Part shown: piece by piece, positions 40,401 to 50,658 of the stretch
Position numbering within the stretch: the stretch's first letter is position 1
How the letters are laid out: each line of letters opens with the position of its first letter
The notes under the pieces: generated by a model
The model's database searches: none
Told to the model about the DNA's origin: nothing
The model's input: the letters and a program-made list of their open reading frames with translations, nothing else
IMG/VR virus record: IMGVR_UViG_3300036760_001400
DNA: 64,000 bases
From: an uncultured virus (IMG/VR IMGVR_UViG_3300036760_001400)
Lineage: Duplodnaviria > Heunggongvirae > Uroviricota > Caudoviricetes
Reading direction: 5' to 3' (one strand)
Program-made: the position numbers and the translations under genes

Positions 40401-41513
40401 GGTGATGCCCTGCACACCTGTATCGATTCCCAGAGCACCGGCGGGAGAAGCTCCCGTGGGAGCTTCGCCCGTCAGACCTCTTTGGCCGGTCAGCCCCTGA
40501 ACTCCAGTCAGTCCCTGGACTCCGGTGAGTCCCTGCACGCTGAGACCGGTATTGCCGAGGATCCCCTGGGCACCCGTGATGCCCCTAGTTCCTGTCAGGC
40601 CTTTGACCCCGGTGAGCCCCTGCTCGCCGATCGGAGACGCGCCCGTGATGCCGACCGTTCCGGTCAGGCCTTTGACGCCGGTGATTCCTTGAGTTCCAGT
40701 AAGGCCCTGCACGCCCGTCAGCCCCTGGACGCCCGTGATCGCGTTTGCGCCGGTCTCACCTTTGGCGCCGGTCAGGCCTTTGATTCCCGTCAATCCCTGA
40801 ACTCCAGTCGGAGCTTCTCCAGGAACTCCCTGCGCTCCGGTGGGCTTGAATCCAAGGACTCCGCCCGCCGCGCCGGTCAGGCCCTGGACTCCGGTCGGCT
40901 GCGCTCCCGTGGGAGCAATGCCGGTCACGCCCTGGACGCCGGTCGCACCGCTCATGACACCGGTCAGGCCCACGAAGCCCTGAGCTCCCGTCAGCCCTTG
41001 ATATCCCGTGCCGATGAAGCCGGTCGCGCCTTTTACCCCGGTGATGAACTGGATTCCGGTCAGGCCCTGAACCCCGGTGAGCCCCTGAACGCCGGTCTGG
41101 CCTTTTACGCCCGGGAATCCCACGCCGGTCAGCCCTTTGATACCGGTCGGGCCGCGGATCCCGGTTGGCCCCTTGACCCCCGTCAGGCCGTCCACGCCGG
41201 TGAGTCCTGAGATGCCGGTGTCTCCGGAAAGCCCGGTGCCGCCGACGGACCCTGTGTCTGAACCTTGAGGGCCGGTCAGGCCTTTGATTCCCGTCAATCC
41301 CTGGACGCCCGTCAGGCCTTTTGTTCCAGTCAGACCTTGAGCGCCGGTCAGGCCATCCACACCGGTCAGACCTTGAACTCCAGTCAGACCTTGAGATGAG
41401 CCAGAAACGCCGGTGATCCCAACGACGCCGGTTCCACCTGGAGACGGAGCGGCAGCTCCGGTCAGGCCTTGGATGCCGGTAAGACCTCTGACGCCCGTGA
41501 TCCCTTGAGCCAT
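37476..41513 (-). CDS. collagen-like fibre protein with two paralogous globular domains
   Basis: GLTG/GITG repeats; duplicated domain (RKYLLV/RRYLIV, EISEFLQENKDWY/EISEQLQENTDWY, SAVFALNL/SAVFAIDL). Confidence 0.85.
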   Translation of the reverse strand: MAQGITGVRGLTGIQGLTGAAAPSPGGTGVVGITGVSGSSQGLTGVQGLTGVDGLTGAQGLTGTKGLTGVQGLTGIKGLTGPQGSDTGSVGGTGLSGDTGISGLTGVDGLTGVKGPTGIRGPTGIKGLTGVGFPGVKGQTGVQGLTGVQGLTGIQFITGVKGATGFIGTGYQGLTGAQGFVGLTGVMSGATGVQGVTGIAPTGAQPTGVQGLTGAAGGVLGFKPTGAQGVPGEAPTGVQGLTGIKGLTGAKGETGANAITGVQGLTGVQGLTGTQGITGVKGLTGTVGITGASPIGEQGLTGVKGLTGTRGITGAQGILGNTGLSVQGLTGVQGLTGVQGLTGQRGLTGEAPTGASPAGALGIDTGVQGITGIGGIGVQGVTGVTPTALPTAYTEQMTQQATSSLTYVTAATISSANFVAGRKYLLVINALMGISTNATGNNTKLVHGTTDFQGSRKFVNEQTNAGSTYTYTYFNVWTAIAGESITLQLKATNAGASATLDQITMFAMEISEFLQENKDWYSNVVDETTDLVPTEFSTYNNASVTFTPQNAGDDWLVLSESVLTGPPFSLVTTRLNRSGEASSTTPYLEYVQGYHVAFPWINLLSNVRAFNLSNVSNTFTEESRCDLGGPDGTRTYSAVFALNLSKFKNHLATYTDGGVTLDPPSFGTNIQTGSINPTWDGKTWALSSFGFTAPASDFPINARLQTDGVDTPAGQTAANLSIEKNVNVNQVGPVQFQYFGDLRSSSHTITVDGNNQAATSATAEFRQIIAITTDLATPVGARVQGMTGVQGITGNRGTGVQGLTGVSGITGVQVTGVKGITGNQPTGVQGLTSAVGITGIKGVTGVDVDGEPSQIPHYTAESTTPFSTTNGTLTLVPGAHIPSSFFITNRRYLIVATAVYGGGKTLNPNVSQIETIHGGGTPFDGSREWFHALNLRNGFNRQYTYFTVWTADGGDVDLAVINSDSPGGTTSVYTFKLLAIEISEQLQENTDWYYNAVLASTDLSSGAWSASNNASVSFSPSVAGHDWLVFTLSSLVPAVATTHENQSRMESTGTVTDTLPFLSTQCETQDSGDLVAPIIPFVNMRVFPALAIAAQSFTEESRTTPAGSATREASAVFAIDLNKFLDHQNAYTEASTAAATVQTVTLVPTRTADIWAFGSGQVSFGAVDESLIPDLLMAGVSQGDATNSGKSFSTSDLLPGQWMTVKRRSASTQFDLTMSGLTGSQGTAERSLFAVSMAPVVFVGIKGLTGVQGLTGIQGVTGTQPTGVIGLTGSRGITGIKGLTGVQGITGFQPTGIKGITGLMGITGLDIGITGVGGPTAGWYAGANSVDVSGNANWIFAACPP

Positions 41514-41516
41514 CGT

Positions 41517-44330
41517 CTAGGTCCCGGTGTACTGGACGATCAGTTCGACCCTCAAACCAATGGCGGCGGTTGCGATCTGAGGGACATCGACACTGAAGAC
41601 GTCCCCCTTCTTGAAAGCGGTGATATCGGGAGCAACCGCATTGCGGGCACGGTTGCCTTGAGTCACAGCAGACCCAATCATGGGACGGTTCGCAGCCGTC
41701 GTGAAGATCGTCCCGAACGTGACTTCATAGGGCGTGGTCGAGAGCGTGCCCGTGCCCAAGTTGACGTCGACGATCGTAGTGCCGGCGGTTCCCTGGGCCT
41801 GGACACTCATGAGAACGTCCACGATCGTGCCAAACCTTGGAGCGATCGTGTTCTGATCGATGCCGGAGGAGATTACGACAGTCGAAAGATTCCAGGCCAG
41901 CGTGTCAAGCGCGATGCCGGCGCCCGTGACGCCCTGGATACCCGTCGCTCCCTGGATTCCAGTGGTACCGGCTACTCCTGTAGTCCCGCGGATTCCTGTC
42001 GCACCTTGATTGCCGGTCGCTCCCTGGATTCCAGTTTCCCCTTGAACGCCCGTCCTGCCCTGGACTCCGGTCGCTCCAGCGACTCCTGTGGCACCCTGGA
42101 CGCCGGTCGCACCTTTTGCTCCAGTCGCACCCTGCACGCCGGTCGCCCCCTGAACTCCGGTCGCTCCTGCAGTTCCCGTAGCACCCTGAATGCCTGTGGC
42201 GCCATCTGTCCCGGTCTGCCCAATCGTTCCGGTGACTCCCTGGAGTCCGGTGACCCCCTGGATCCCGATGGGGCCCACTCCGGTCGTACCTTGTAGGCCA
42301 GTAGCGCCCTGAATGCCGGTTGCACCCGCCACGCCGGTCATGCCCTGGATGCCGGTGGTTCCCTGGATGCCCGTCGCCCCAGCCACACCGGTTGCGCCCT
42401 GAGCTCCGGTCGCGCCAATGACTCCGGTAGCACCCTGGATGCCGGTCGCGCCTCCTGTTCCGGTCGTGCCCTGGCCGCCGGTCGCTCCGATGACTCCAGT
42501 TGCTCCCTGAGCTCCGGTCGCGCCCTGGATGCCGGTTGCACCGTTAACGCCCGTCGCTCCAGAGACTCCCGTAGTCCCGCGGACTCCGGTGGTTCCTTGA
42601 GGGGCGGTGGCACCCGCGACTCCAGTCATGCCCTGCTGCCCGGTAGCCCCTTGAGTGCCCGTGGCCCCCTGCACGCCGGTCGCTCCGGCGACTCCCGTGG
42701 CGCCTTGCACGCCGGTGGTTCCTTGAGCCCCGGTGGCTCCCGCGACCCCCGTCGCGCCCGCCACGCCCGTGAACCCTTGGAGGCCGGTAATGCCCGCGAC
42801 TCCGGTCGCGCCTTTCGCCCCCGTCGCGCCCGCGACTCCCGTAGCGCCCGCGACTCCCGTCGAACCTTGGACGCCGGTGGTACCAAGAATTCCAGTCACG
42901 CCCTGCAGACCGGTCGCACCCTGGACGCCGGTTTCACCCTGAACCGCTACGCCCGCGACTCCTGTCGCGCCTTTTGCTCCAGTCGCACCCTGCACGCCGG
43001 TCGCGCCCGCAATACCTGTCTCGCCCGCGACTCCGGTCATGCCCCGAATACCAGTCGCGCCCTGAGTTCCGGTCGTACCCTGAATGCCTTGAGCTCCGGT
43101 CACACCCAAGAGGCCGGTCGCACCTTGAGTGCCGGTTGCTCCTTGGATGCCGGTCGCGCCTCCTGTTCCTGTTGAGCCTTGAGGGCCTGTGGGGCCGCCT
43201 GCACCAGTCGCGCCTTGAGCACCTGTGGCACCCTGCGCTCCGGTGGCACCCTGGACTCCTGTGGCACCCGCCACTCCAGTGGCACCGGCCACTCCTGTGG
43301 CTCCCTGCGGCCCGGTCACTCCTTGATTGCCGGTGGCACCCTGAACACCGGTCATTCCCCGAAGGCCCGTGATCCCGTCCACGCCGGTGGCACCTTGAAT
43401 TCCGGTCGCGCCTTGATCTCCGGTGTCTCCGATGAGGCCGGTGACTCCCGCGACCCCGGTCATGCCTTGGAGGCCGGTGATCCCACGGACTCCGGTCGCA
43501 CCCTTGATCCCGGTTGCTCCTGGATCAGGGCCCGTCTCGCCCGCGACTCCGGTTGTGCCGTCCACGCCGGTCGCACCGGCCACTCCCGTCGCTCCAACCT
43601 GTCCGGTTGCACCCTGGACTCCGGTCGTGCCTTGAAGTCCGGTAGCGCCCTGCACCCCTGTGGCGCCGGCGACTCCCGTGGCACCTTGCGGTCCAGTGAC
43701 TCCTGAGATGCCCGTGGCCCCTTGCGGCCCCGTCTGGCCCTGGCCTGATGCTCCGGTACTTCCCTGGATGCCGGTCACCCCTTGCGTGCCGGTGGGCCCT
43801 GGGATTCCAGTGGCGCCATCGATGCCGGTTGCACCCTGGACGCTTGTGGCGCCCTGCACGCCGGTCGCGCCTGAGACGCCCGTTTCACCTTGAAGTCCTG
43901 TTGAGCCGAACGTCCCCGTGATGCCCTGGACTCCGGTCGAGCCTTTCGCTCCGGTTGCGCCGTCCGTGCCGGTCGCGCCGTCCATCCCGGTCTCGCCCGC
44001 GACGCCGGTGGCCCCCACGGCTCCCGTGACGCCAATGGGGCCCGTCGCACCCTGGATGCCGGTCGCACCCCGTACGCCGGTCTCTCCACGGATTCCAGTT
44101 GAGCCGTCGATGCCGGTTGCACCATCGACGCCCGTTGCACCCTTGATTCCGGTAACACCATTAACGCCGGTAACTCCAAGAATGCCCGTCACCCCAGCAG
44201 GTCCGGTTGCACCCTGAAGGCCTGTCACACCCAGTGCTGAAGGGCCGGTTGTACCGTTGATTCCGGTAAAACCCTGAAGGCCGGTGACACCTTGAGTGCC
44301 ACCGCCCCCGCCCCCACCCATATCAGACAT
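41517..44330 (-). CDS. long collagen-like protein
   Basis: about 800 aa of [12 protein letters not shown] triplets plus a C-terminal globular domain. Confidence 0.9.
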   Translation of the reverse strand: MSDMGGGGGGGTQGVTGLQGFTGINGTTGPSALGVTGLQGATGPAGVTGILGVTGVNGVTGIKGATGVDGATGIDGSTGIRGETGVRGATGIQGATGPIGVTGAVGATGVAGETGMDGATGTDGATGAKGSTGVQGITGTFGSTGLQGETGVSGATGVQGATSVQGATGIDGATGIPGPTGTQGVTGIQGSTGASGQGQTGPQGATGISGVTGPQGATGVAGATGVQGATGLQGTTGVQGATGQVGATGVAGATGVDGTTGVAGETGPDPGATGIKGATGVRGITGLQGMTGVAGVTGLIGDTGDQGATGIQGATGVDGITGLRGMTGVQGATGNQGVTGPQGATGVAGATGVAGATGVQGATGAQGATGAQGATGAGGPTGPQGSTGTGGATGIQGATGTQGATGLLGVTGAQGIQGTTGTQGATGIRGMTGVAGETGIAGATGVQGATGAKGATGVAGVAVQGETGVQGATGLQGVTGILGTTGVQGSTGVAGATGVAGATGAKGATGVAGITGLQGFTGVAGATGVAGATGAQGTTGVQGATGVAGATGVQGATGTQGATGQQGMTGVAGATAPQGTTGVRGTTGVSGATGVNGATGIQGATGAQGATGVIGATGGQGTTGTGGATGIQGATGVIGATGAQGATGVAGATGIQGTTGIQGMTGVAGATGIQGATGLQGTTGVGPIGIQGVTGLQGVTGTIGQTGTDGATGIQGATGTAGATGVQGATGVQGATGAKGATGVQGATGVAGATGVQGRTGVQGETGIQGATGNQGATGIRGTTGVAGTTGIQGATGIQGVTGAGIALDTLAWNLSTVVISSGIDQNTIAPRFGTIVDVLMSVQAQGTAGTTIVDVNLGTGTLSTTPYEVTFGTIFTTAANRPMIGSAVTQGNRARNAVAPDITAFKKGDVFSVDVPQIATAAIGLRVELIVQYTGT

Positions 44331-44493
44331 ATATATTCTTCTTCGACTTTACATTGACCAGAAGCTGCCTTGACTTTTGATAGCAGGGAACACAGTAGCC
44401 GGTCGACTTCTTTCCGGGACCTCTGGGATCAATGGATCCCCAGCCCAGGAGCTTCCCGCACAGGATGCACTCGACCTTGTATCGGACATTCAC
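44323..44493 (-). CDS. 56-aa zinc-finger protein (not in the ORF track)
   Basis: AAGGA SD, GTG start, CILC...CVPC. Confidence 0.55.
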   Translation of the reverse strand: MNVRYKVECILCGKLLGWGSIDPRGPGKKSTGYCVPCYQKSRQLLVNVKSKKNIYV

Positions 44494-44504
44494 GACGAGT
44501 TCCT

Positions 44505-46250
44505 TTAGACGACAGCCACGACGTTATGCGAGATGCCTGCAGAGCCAGCCGTTCCATTCACACACACGATACCATTGTTGCCTGGATTCAGCCCCTTTAG
44601 CCCGCCGGCGCCTCCCGCTGCGGAAACAGTTGCCGTGCTTCCTGGAGGACCGATGAAGATGGAGAGGCCGCCGCCACCGCCACCGCCACCGCCGCCGCCA
44701 GGAGACCATAGGGTCGTACCCGGCAGATACGTATCACCGCCTGCGCCCCCGGCTCCGCCGGAAGCTAGGATACTCGGGCTGCCGGAGATCGTATTGCAGA
44801 TCACCACCGTGATGGCTCCGCCTCCGCCGCCTCCGCCTCCGCCGCCCGCACCGCCGGCGCCAGGGTTCACTCCTTGGAACCCCTCCCCGCCGCCTCCGCC
44901 GGCTCCGCCATCCCCGATCCCGCCGCCTCCGCCGCCCCCGCCTCCACTGTCCGATGAGCGGTTGACGCCGTCATTGTTGTCGTCCGTTCCAGACGATCCT
45001 CCCGCACCAGCCGATCCGGTGAAATGGAATGGGTCGTTATCGCTGAACCCGTTCGGAATGTAGATGTGATGCGGAGACCGGACAAAGCGAAGGTAATCCC
45101 TGCAGGTCCGGAGGACGTTGGTGACGGCTCCGTTTCCGATGCCCTTCGCTCCGCCGACGCTTGGCACGAATTGATATCCGGGAGCTGTAGCCGCCTTGCC
45201 TCCGGTCGTGGTGGAAATCTGGACACTCCATCCCATAAAATAATCTTCGACGCCGTCGATGTTCCCTTGTGCTCCGTTGGTAAGCCCTCCGGAGATAGCT
45301 CCGTTGGCTCCGTTCTGCCCGGCCTGGCCGCCGCCGATGTTTCCGCTGCCCACGAGGTGATTCGCAAACACGTAGAGGGCACCGGACTGGGCGCCTCCAT
45401 TCCCGCCGGCGCCAGCGCCGAATGTAGCCACACCCCCAGCGGGAGCAGTGCCGACCTTGGAGAAGATGGACCCACCGTTCAGCGTAAGCGTATCGCTGAT
45501 GTAGAGGACCATCCCCGTGTCTGAAGTGTCATGCGACAAGCTGAAACCTTGCAGATCGACGTTGGCGTAGCTCTTGATGTTGCTTCCGGCAGCCAGGACC
45601 GTGTTCGCACCCAGCGTCAGATCTCCGTCTGCACCGGACCCGAAGACCTCCCGGAACGAGTACCCGGCAATCGCCTGGCGAAGCTGGGTAGAAAGCGGCT
45701 GGGTGATGTCCCCGCCGATGTTATTGATGGTGGCACTGGATCCAGCCACGCCGGTAGCCCCCTGAGAGCCGGCAGTTCCGACGCCTGTCGCGCCTTTAGG
45801 GCCTGTAGCTCCAGCGCTTCCAACACCCGTCTGACCTTGGATTCCCGTGACTCCCTGAGTGCCTGTAGCCCCTTGAGGACCCCCTAAGGGGCCGGTACTT
45901 CCTTGGACACCGGTAGCTCCCTGAGCTCCTCCAGAAGGACCCGTAGGTCCAGCGCTTCCGATACCCGTTGATCCTTTAAGGCCTGTAATTCCTTGAACAC
46001 CCGTCGTACCTTGAGCGCCCGTGGAACCTACGAGACCCACGCCCGTCTGACCTTGAATCCCGGTTACACCCTTAGCGCCCGTAAATCCAGTGGCTCCCTG
46101 AACTCCGGTAGCTCCAACAGGCCCTCCAGAAGGGCCCGTAGGACCTTGAGTTCCGGTGGCTCCGATGGGACCTGCGGAAGGTCCAGTCAAGCCACGAAGA
46201 CCGGTAACCCCCTGGGCTCCGATTCCACCACCACCGCCGATTCTTGACAT
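44505..46250 (-). CDS. collagen-like protein with glycine-rich C-terminal domain
   Basis: G-X-T repeats, [10 protein letters not shown], poly-Gly tracts. Confidence 0.8.
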   Translation of the reverse strand: MSRIGGGGGIGAQGVTGLRGLTGPSAGPIGATGTQGPTGPSGGPVGATGVQGATGFTGAKGVTGIQGQTGVGLVGSTGAQGTTGVQGITGLKGSTGIGSAGPTGPSGGAQGATGVQGSTGPLGGPQGATGTQGVTGIQGQTGVGSAGATGPKGATGVGTAGSQGATGVAGSSATINNIGGDITQPLSTQLRQAIAGYSFREVFGSGADGDLTLGANTVLAAGSNIKSYANVDLQGFSLSHDTSDTGMVLYISDTLTLNGGSIFSKVGTAPAGGVATFGAGAGGNGGAQSGALYVFANHLVGSGNIGGGQAGQNGANGAISGGLTNGAQGNIDGVEDYFMGWSVQISTTTGGKAATAPGYQFVPSVGGAKGIGNGAVTNVLRTCRDYLRFVRSPHHIYIPNGFSDNDPFHFTGSAGAGGSSGTDDNNDGVNRSSDSGGGGGGGGGIGDGGAGGGGGEGFQGVNPGAGGAGGGGGGGGGGAITVVICNTISGSPSILASGGAGGAGGDTYLPGTTLWSPGGGGGGGGGGGLSIFIGPPGSTATVSAAGGAGGLKGLNPGNNGIVCVNGTAGSAGISHNVVAVV

Positions 46251-46279
46251 TCTTTTACCCTATGCCCAACTTAGAAGGC

Positions 46280-47296
46280 CTAGCTCACGACAAAGCTCAT
46301 TACGAACCCTACGGTCCAGTTCACAGAGTTAACATCATTCAAGAGGACACGGCCGGCAGCAAAGATCACATCTCCATCCCAGCCAAGATTGACTCCTGGA
46401 ACGGATGGATTGAAATAGGTCATGGATACGACCTGGGTTGGACTGTAATCAAAGAACCAGCTCATCTCCCCGGCATCGGCCTCCGCAGCCGTGACCGCAC
46501 GCATACAGAAGCTCATGGTTGGGGTGCCTGCGTTTGAACCCCCGAATGTCGACGCGCCTGCCCACGTTCCGCCGGTCAACGTATCGCTGCAAGTGACTCC
46601 GTTTGAAGCGGAGCCTACGGCATCGGCATAGATTGTGAGCTCGCCTCCAAAGATGGCTATGGCCGAGAAGGGCTCGGTCCCAACTCCATTGATGTCATCG
46701 ACAATAGCATCTACAAAGGCTGATGCCGTAAGCGTGACTACAAGGCCTACTGCGATATGACTTCCTGTGACTCCGTTACCTTTGAAGATCGTGTTTCCAT
46801 TGGCATGTGTCGCGGTGGTCGTATTACTCTGTCCACGAAGGAAGGTTACGTTATTCCCAGCGACCACGCTTACCCTAAGGATCTCATTCTCTATACGAAT
46901 AAGAACACCGACTGCAAACGTAACTCCACCGTACGTGGTGACTGCATTAACGACAGTCAGAGGATCTGTTGTATTATTGAAGTCACCCCCCGCCGTCGTA
47001 TTCCCAGAGCTGGTGTTTACAACCTCAACTTCATAGACATCGGCCCCGATGGTAACAGTCTGGCCATCACTGACGGTAGTAAGGTTTTCAAGAAAATTAG
47101 TGGCCTTCTGTCCAGGCTGAGCCATGCTACCGCTAGACCCGACACCCGTTACGCCCTGGATACCGGTGGATCCGAGAACTCCAGTAACTCCTCGAACACC
47201 GGTAGCTCCCTGAGCTCCTCCAGAAGGACCCGTAGCACCCTGAAGTCCCGTTACACCTTGGATTCCCATTCCACCACCACCACCCATATCAGCCAT
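46280..47296 (-). CDS. structural protein with short collagen-like N-terminus
   Basis: MADMGGGGG; IRIENEILRV...RGQSNTTATH beta-domain motif. Confidence 0.7.
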   Translation of the reverse strand: MADMGGGGGMGIQGVTGLQGATGPSGGAQGATGVRGVTGVLGSTGIQGVTGVGSSGSMAQPGQKATNFLENLTTVSDGQTVTIGADVYEVEVVNTSSGNTTAGGDFNNTTDPLTVVNAVTTYGGVTFAVGVLIRIENEILRVSVVAGNNVTFLRGQSNTTTATHANGNTIFKGNGVTGSHIAVGLVVTLTASAFVDAIVDDINGVGTEPFSAIAIFGGELTIYADAVGSASNGVTCSDTLTGGTWAGASTFGGSNAGTPTMSFCMRAVTAAEADAGEMSWFFDYSPTQVVSMTYFNPSVPGVNLGWDGDVIFAAGRVLLNDVNSVNWTVGFVMSFVVS

Positions 47297-47300
47297 AGCT

Positions 47301-47492
47301 TCACGAAGGATTTGTGATTGAGATCTTAAGGTCTGGATCAGAAGGAAAACGGGAAGGGCTGATGTGGAGGGTCTGGAAAACGTCCTGTTTGATATTTTCT
47401 ACAGCTACCCCGACATCATCTATAGTGTGCCCGAAAAGCCAGACAGGACCTTTAGACCTGGCCCCGCCACCCTTGATGGCAGTTCTGGACAT
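47301..47492 (-). CDS. hypothetical protein
   Basis: likely start MSRTAIKGGG right after the upstream stop. Confidence 0.45.
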   Translation of the reverse strand: MSRTAIKGGGARSKGPVWLFGHTIDDVGVAVENIKQDVFQTLHISPSRFPSDPDLKISITNPS

Positions 47493-47493
47493 G

Positions 47494-47928
47494 TTAGATC
47501 TCGACAAGCCACATGACCCCTTCGCCATTATTTGTGGCATCGATCCAAACCTCATCTACATTGGTGATGTAGAGAAGGATAAACTGTCCTGGAGCAAGAA
47601 TCGTAGCCTTGGCATGGTTTTCAGCGTCAACCTTGCTGGGGCCGACGTAGATGCTTCCGAGGTTTCCGTCAAAGGCCCTGACCGAGACTGAAAAAGAGTC
47701 CGGAATATCCTGGGACTGAAGCTGCTCCGCTGTTCCGGCGGCAGCCACGGTCTTCTGGTTTACACCAAACGAAGCCCGGTTTGGAACTCCACTTATGGTG
47801 ATCCCGCCGCTTCCGGAAACGACGATACGGACCCATTTAGTGCCGTCCCATCCATAGAGATCGGCCATGAGCCGCTCCTGGAGCTGGCCCCCAGGAAAAG
47901 TACCAGTATCAAGATCGGTTAAAGCCAC
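47494..47928 (-). CDS. small beta-sandwich structural protein
   Basis: VSVRAFDGNLGSIYVG...LAPGQFILLYITNVDEVWID alternating beta pattern; AGGAG SD. Confidence 0.55.
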   Translation of the reverse strand: MALTDLDTGTFPGGQLQERLMADLYGWDGTKWVRIVVSGSGGITISGVPNRASFGVNQKTVAAAGTAEQLQSQDIPDSFSVSVRAFDGNLGSIYVGPSKVDAENHAKATILAPGQFILLYITNVDEVWIDATNNGEGVMWLVEI

Positions 47929-47937
47929 GAGAGTCTC

Positions 47938-48723
47938 CTAGGGCTTCCGGGTCATTGCGTAAACGATCCCGACAAGAGCGGCAAGACCGCCCCCGATGAT
48001 GACCATGGTTGAGACATCCATACCGGCATTCCGTCCGGAAGGAGCGATGACCGTACCCTTGGAAGAGGCAAGTTGATCCATCTCAGCCATGATCTGACTC
48101 GCCGCATACTCGACCGTCGAGTTACCGGAAGCTGCTCCCGCATCCCGGGCACTCTCGGCCACAATCTTTGCAATGGCGGCATCCTGAGGATTCCCGGAAG
48201 CACGAGCCAGCTGAGCCTTTCCCTGAGCGAGCCGGAGAAGGCTTGCGGCACTGGTATCGACATCGTTGATCTTGATCTGAGTAGGAAGGATAATGAACCT
48301 TCCCATATAGCTCTCAAGAGCCCTCATGCCCTTCACAAAATCATTGAGCCTGTTCTCACGGATCCGGTTGACCGTGAAGTCAGGATTGAAATACACGAAC
48401 TGCTGATTAGGAAGTGCGGCATAGCCCGCGACAATGTCAGCCAGTTGAGCCAGGTTGTATTTTCCACCGAGGCCAAGGAAGGAGAGGGCTCCAACCTTGT
48501 ACCACTGGGTGTTCACGATATCCATCGCTCCCTGACGAACAGAGACATCCTGGATTCCCTGGATGAGGGGAAATAGAGTCCTGAACTGAGCGACTCTCCG
48601 TTTGGCGACTTCCACATCAGTCGCATTCGCATCGGACATGGGATCATCGCCCAGGTCATCAAACCCGAAGAGATCTCCCATGGGCCCGAAGACTCCGAGA
48701 GCGTCGCCAACATAAGAGTGCAT
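47938..48723 (-). CDS. putative virion membrane protein
   Basis: N-terminal cluster of VG/LG/MG/FG motifs; C-terminal TM. Confidence 0.6.
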   Translation of the reverse strand: MHSYVGDALGVFGPMGDLFGFDDLGDDPMSDANATDVEVAKRRVAQFRTLFPLIQGIQDVSVRQGAMDIVNTQWYKVGALSFLGLGGKYNLAQLADIVAGYAALPNQQFVYFNPDFTVNRIRENRLNDFVKGMRALESYMGRFIILPTQIKINDVDTSAASLLRLAQGKAQLARASGNPQDAAIAKIVAESARDAGAASGNSTVEYAASQIMAEMDQLASSKGTVIAPSGRNAGMDVSTMVIIGGGLAALVGIVYAMTRKP

Positions 48724-48726
48724 GGC

Positions 48727-49086
48727 CTATTTCCTCATCAGAAAGTATGCGATGGCAAGAGCAGCTACAACGCTGCCCCCGATGATAACGATGGTTCCAA
48801 TGGGAAGGCCGGCCTGAAGGGGAGCGTAGCTCCCACCGCTAGGGGGAGCGTAGCTCCCACCTCTAGGGGGAGCGTAGATCGGAACCTTTGGAGGCTTCGC
48901 CTTGATCGTGGAAGAATAGATCTGAGCCCCCTGCCCGACTACGTTCAAGAGTTTATCCCAAGCGGAGGGCTCCTTCACAGGAGCTGCCACGGGAGCCGTC
49001 ATGGGAGATACGCTGGGAGGAAGCATGACCGACGGCCCTTCCTGACCCATCGAAGCGGAAACGGGAATCCATTCAGCCATTCTCAC
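48727..49086 (-). CDS. small membrane protein with GGSYAP repeats
   Basis: SMGQ; 24-nt tandem repeat; C-terminal TM. Confidence 0.6.
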   Translation of the reverse strand: MRMAEWIPVSASMGQEGPSVMLPPSVSPMTAPVAAPVKEPSAWDKLLNVVGQGAQIYSSTIKAKPPKVPIYAPPRGGSYAPPSGGSYAPLQAGLPIGTIVIIGGSVVAALAIAYFLMRK

Positions 49087-49089
49087 GGG

Positions 49090-50043
49090 TCACCTTTTAA
49101 GAAGCATGTATCCGGCGATAACAAGAGCGAGGCCCCCGCCTCCATAGATAGCGATCTTTGTCCAATCGATTCCAGCGAAGGTGGGAGCAAGAGTATTCCC
49201 ACCTGAAGCCCTTGGAGCTACCGGAGCTTCTTGGGGGGCAAACTGATTTTGAAAGAGGGCGGCTGACTGGGCTGCCTGAGCCGCATTGGCTTGGGACGCC
49301 GCCTTACGCTCTTCCTTGGCCCTCTTGATATCGGCGTAAGCCTTAAACCCGGTAGCTCCCGCCTGGATTGCAGTCGAGGCTACAGTCAGAATAAGGTCAA
49401 ACTGACCGATCGACATTTTGTCGGGGATCCTGATCTGAGCTTCCTCGTTTCCCTCTTTATCGTAATCTTCATGGACTTCCTGACGCTCTCTCCAGGAAGG
49501 CCGCTTGGAGATAGGGTTGTCATACAACAGCTTGTCGGGAGCCTCCATCTCGGAGTTATCCGGGAAACTCTGCCAATAAGGACGGCCGGTCCTTGGACCG
49601 TGAGCCCTCCTCATCCTGGCCCTAAAGGAAGGGTTATCGTTGTAGATGGCGACTTCTCCCCTGGTCTTGACGGGTACAAGCTCGGTATCCAGGACTTTCC
49701 CCCGTACCGGGGAAAAGTCCGGGTCATCAGAAACTGGAGAGATCTGATTGTAGCCGGTGACCTTTACCGTATGCTGGGATGTGGAAACAAGACCTCCAGA
49801 CCTCGGGCGGACATACCGGTTTCTGGAAGGAACTTCATCGGCCTGGACTTCCGCTACACGAGGACGCATGGGAGACTGGCCCTCACGGGCCATAACATCA
49901 TCGTAGTCCATATTCTCAGCGGCCTGATTTCTGATCTGGCCACGGAGCACCTGATACCGACTCTTTTTCTTAGGGTAGACCGAGTCGATAACGTCAGACT
50001 GACCAAAAGCTTCTAGACCCATTCCTTCTGGAATCGTGATCAT
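49090..50043 (-). CDS. putative virion membrane protein
   Basis: AFGQ, RIPDKMSIGQ; C-terminal TM. Confidence 0.6.
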   Translation of the reverse strand: MITIPEGMGLEAFGQSDVIDSVYPKKKSRYQVLRGQIRNQAAENMDYDDVMAREGQSPMRPRVAEVQADEVPSRNRYVRPRSGGLVSTSQHTVKVTGYNQISPVSDDPDFSPVRGKVLDTELVPVKTRGEVAIYNDNPSFRARMRRAHGPRTGRPYWQSFPDNSEMEAPDKLLYDNPISKRPSWRERQEVHEDYDKEGNEEAQIRIPDKMSIGQFDLILTVASTAIQAGATGFKAYADIKRAKEERKAASQANAAQAAQSAALFQNQFAPQEAPVAPRASGGNTLAPTFAGIDWTKIAIYGGGGLALVIAGYMLLKR

Positions 50044-50651
50044 GCGTATTCCTCTCTACGACAGCCGCAGCCCAACCCTTCCTGAGTCGCTTGGGAAGAA
50101 GCTGCGGAAGCTGCCGCAGCTCCATGACCCATGAAACCAGGAAAGAAGGTCCTGATAACGAACACGGAGATAAAGGTTCCAAGGACTGCGTTTACCGTGA
50201 ACTGAAAGGCCCTTTCCGCAAGAGTCTTCCCGTCATTGGAAAAGACGCCATGAGCAACGCGGGAAAGAACCCCAAAAGAACCGTGAGCCTTCATACGCTC
50301 CACGTCCTTTCTGATCCTGTCCATTTGAGACTGACGACGTTTTCTAAGAGAGCCGTTCCGACATTCCCTGAGAAGACGCCTTGACTCCCCGCGACGATGC
50401 CATACTCGAAGGGCCCGCTGTCCGACGACACACTTCCCACGACGGGTCTTCCCACGAGGACAGGCGACAAGAAGACGGGTTCCTGGTTTACCTCCAGGAA
50501 CAATCCTGAAGTTCTCATAGAAATCCGGTTCACGGATGGTTCCCGGAGAAAGTCTTTCGTAAAGGAATCGCCCTCCGGAAGGGATCTCGAGGATTGGTCC
50601 TCCAGGGCAGGCGACCACGCGAACTCGAGAGGCACGCTTTCTCCTTGCCAC
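50040..50651 (-). CDS. basic Cys-containing membrane protein
   Basis: likely GTG start MARRKRAS; LVACPRG...KCVVG; TM; EGLGCGC. Confidence 0.55.
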   Translation of the reverse strand: MARRKRASRVRVVACPGGPILEIPSGGRFLYERLSPGTIREPDFYENFRIVPGGKPGTRLLVACPRGKTRRGKCVVGQRALRVWHRRGESRRLLRECRNGSLRKRRQSQMDRIRKDVERMKAHGSFGVLSRVAHGVFSNDGKTLAERAFQFTVNAVLGTFISVFVIRTFFPGFMGHGAAAASAASSQATQEGLGCGCRREEYA

Positions 50652-50658
50652 ATCATCT

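Noticed and set aside
34762..47296. Diversity-generating retroelement behind the duplicated fibre domains
   Set aside because: No reverse transcriptase in the window, and the paralogue differences do not look adenine-specific.
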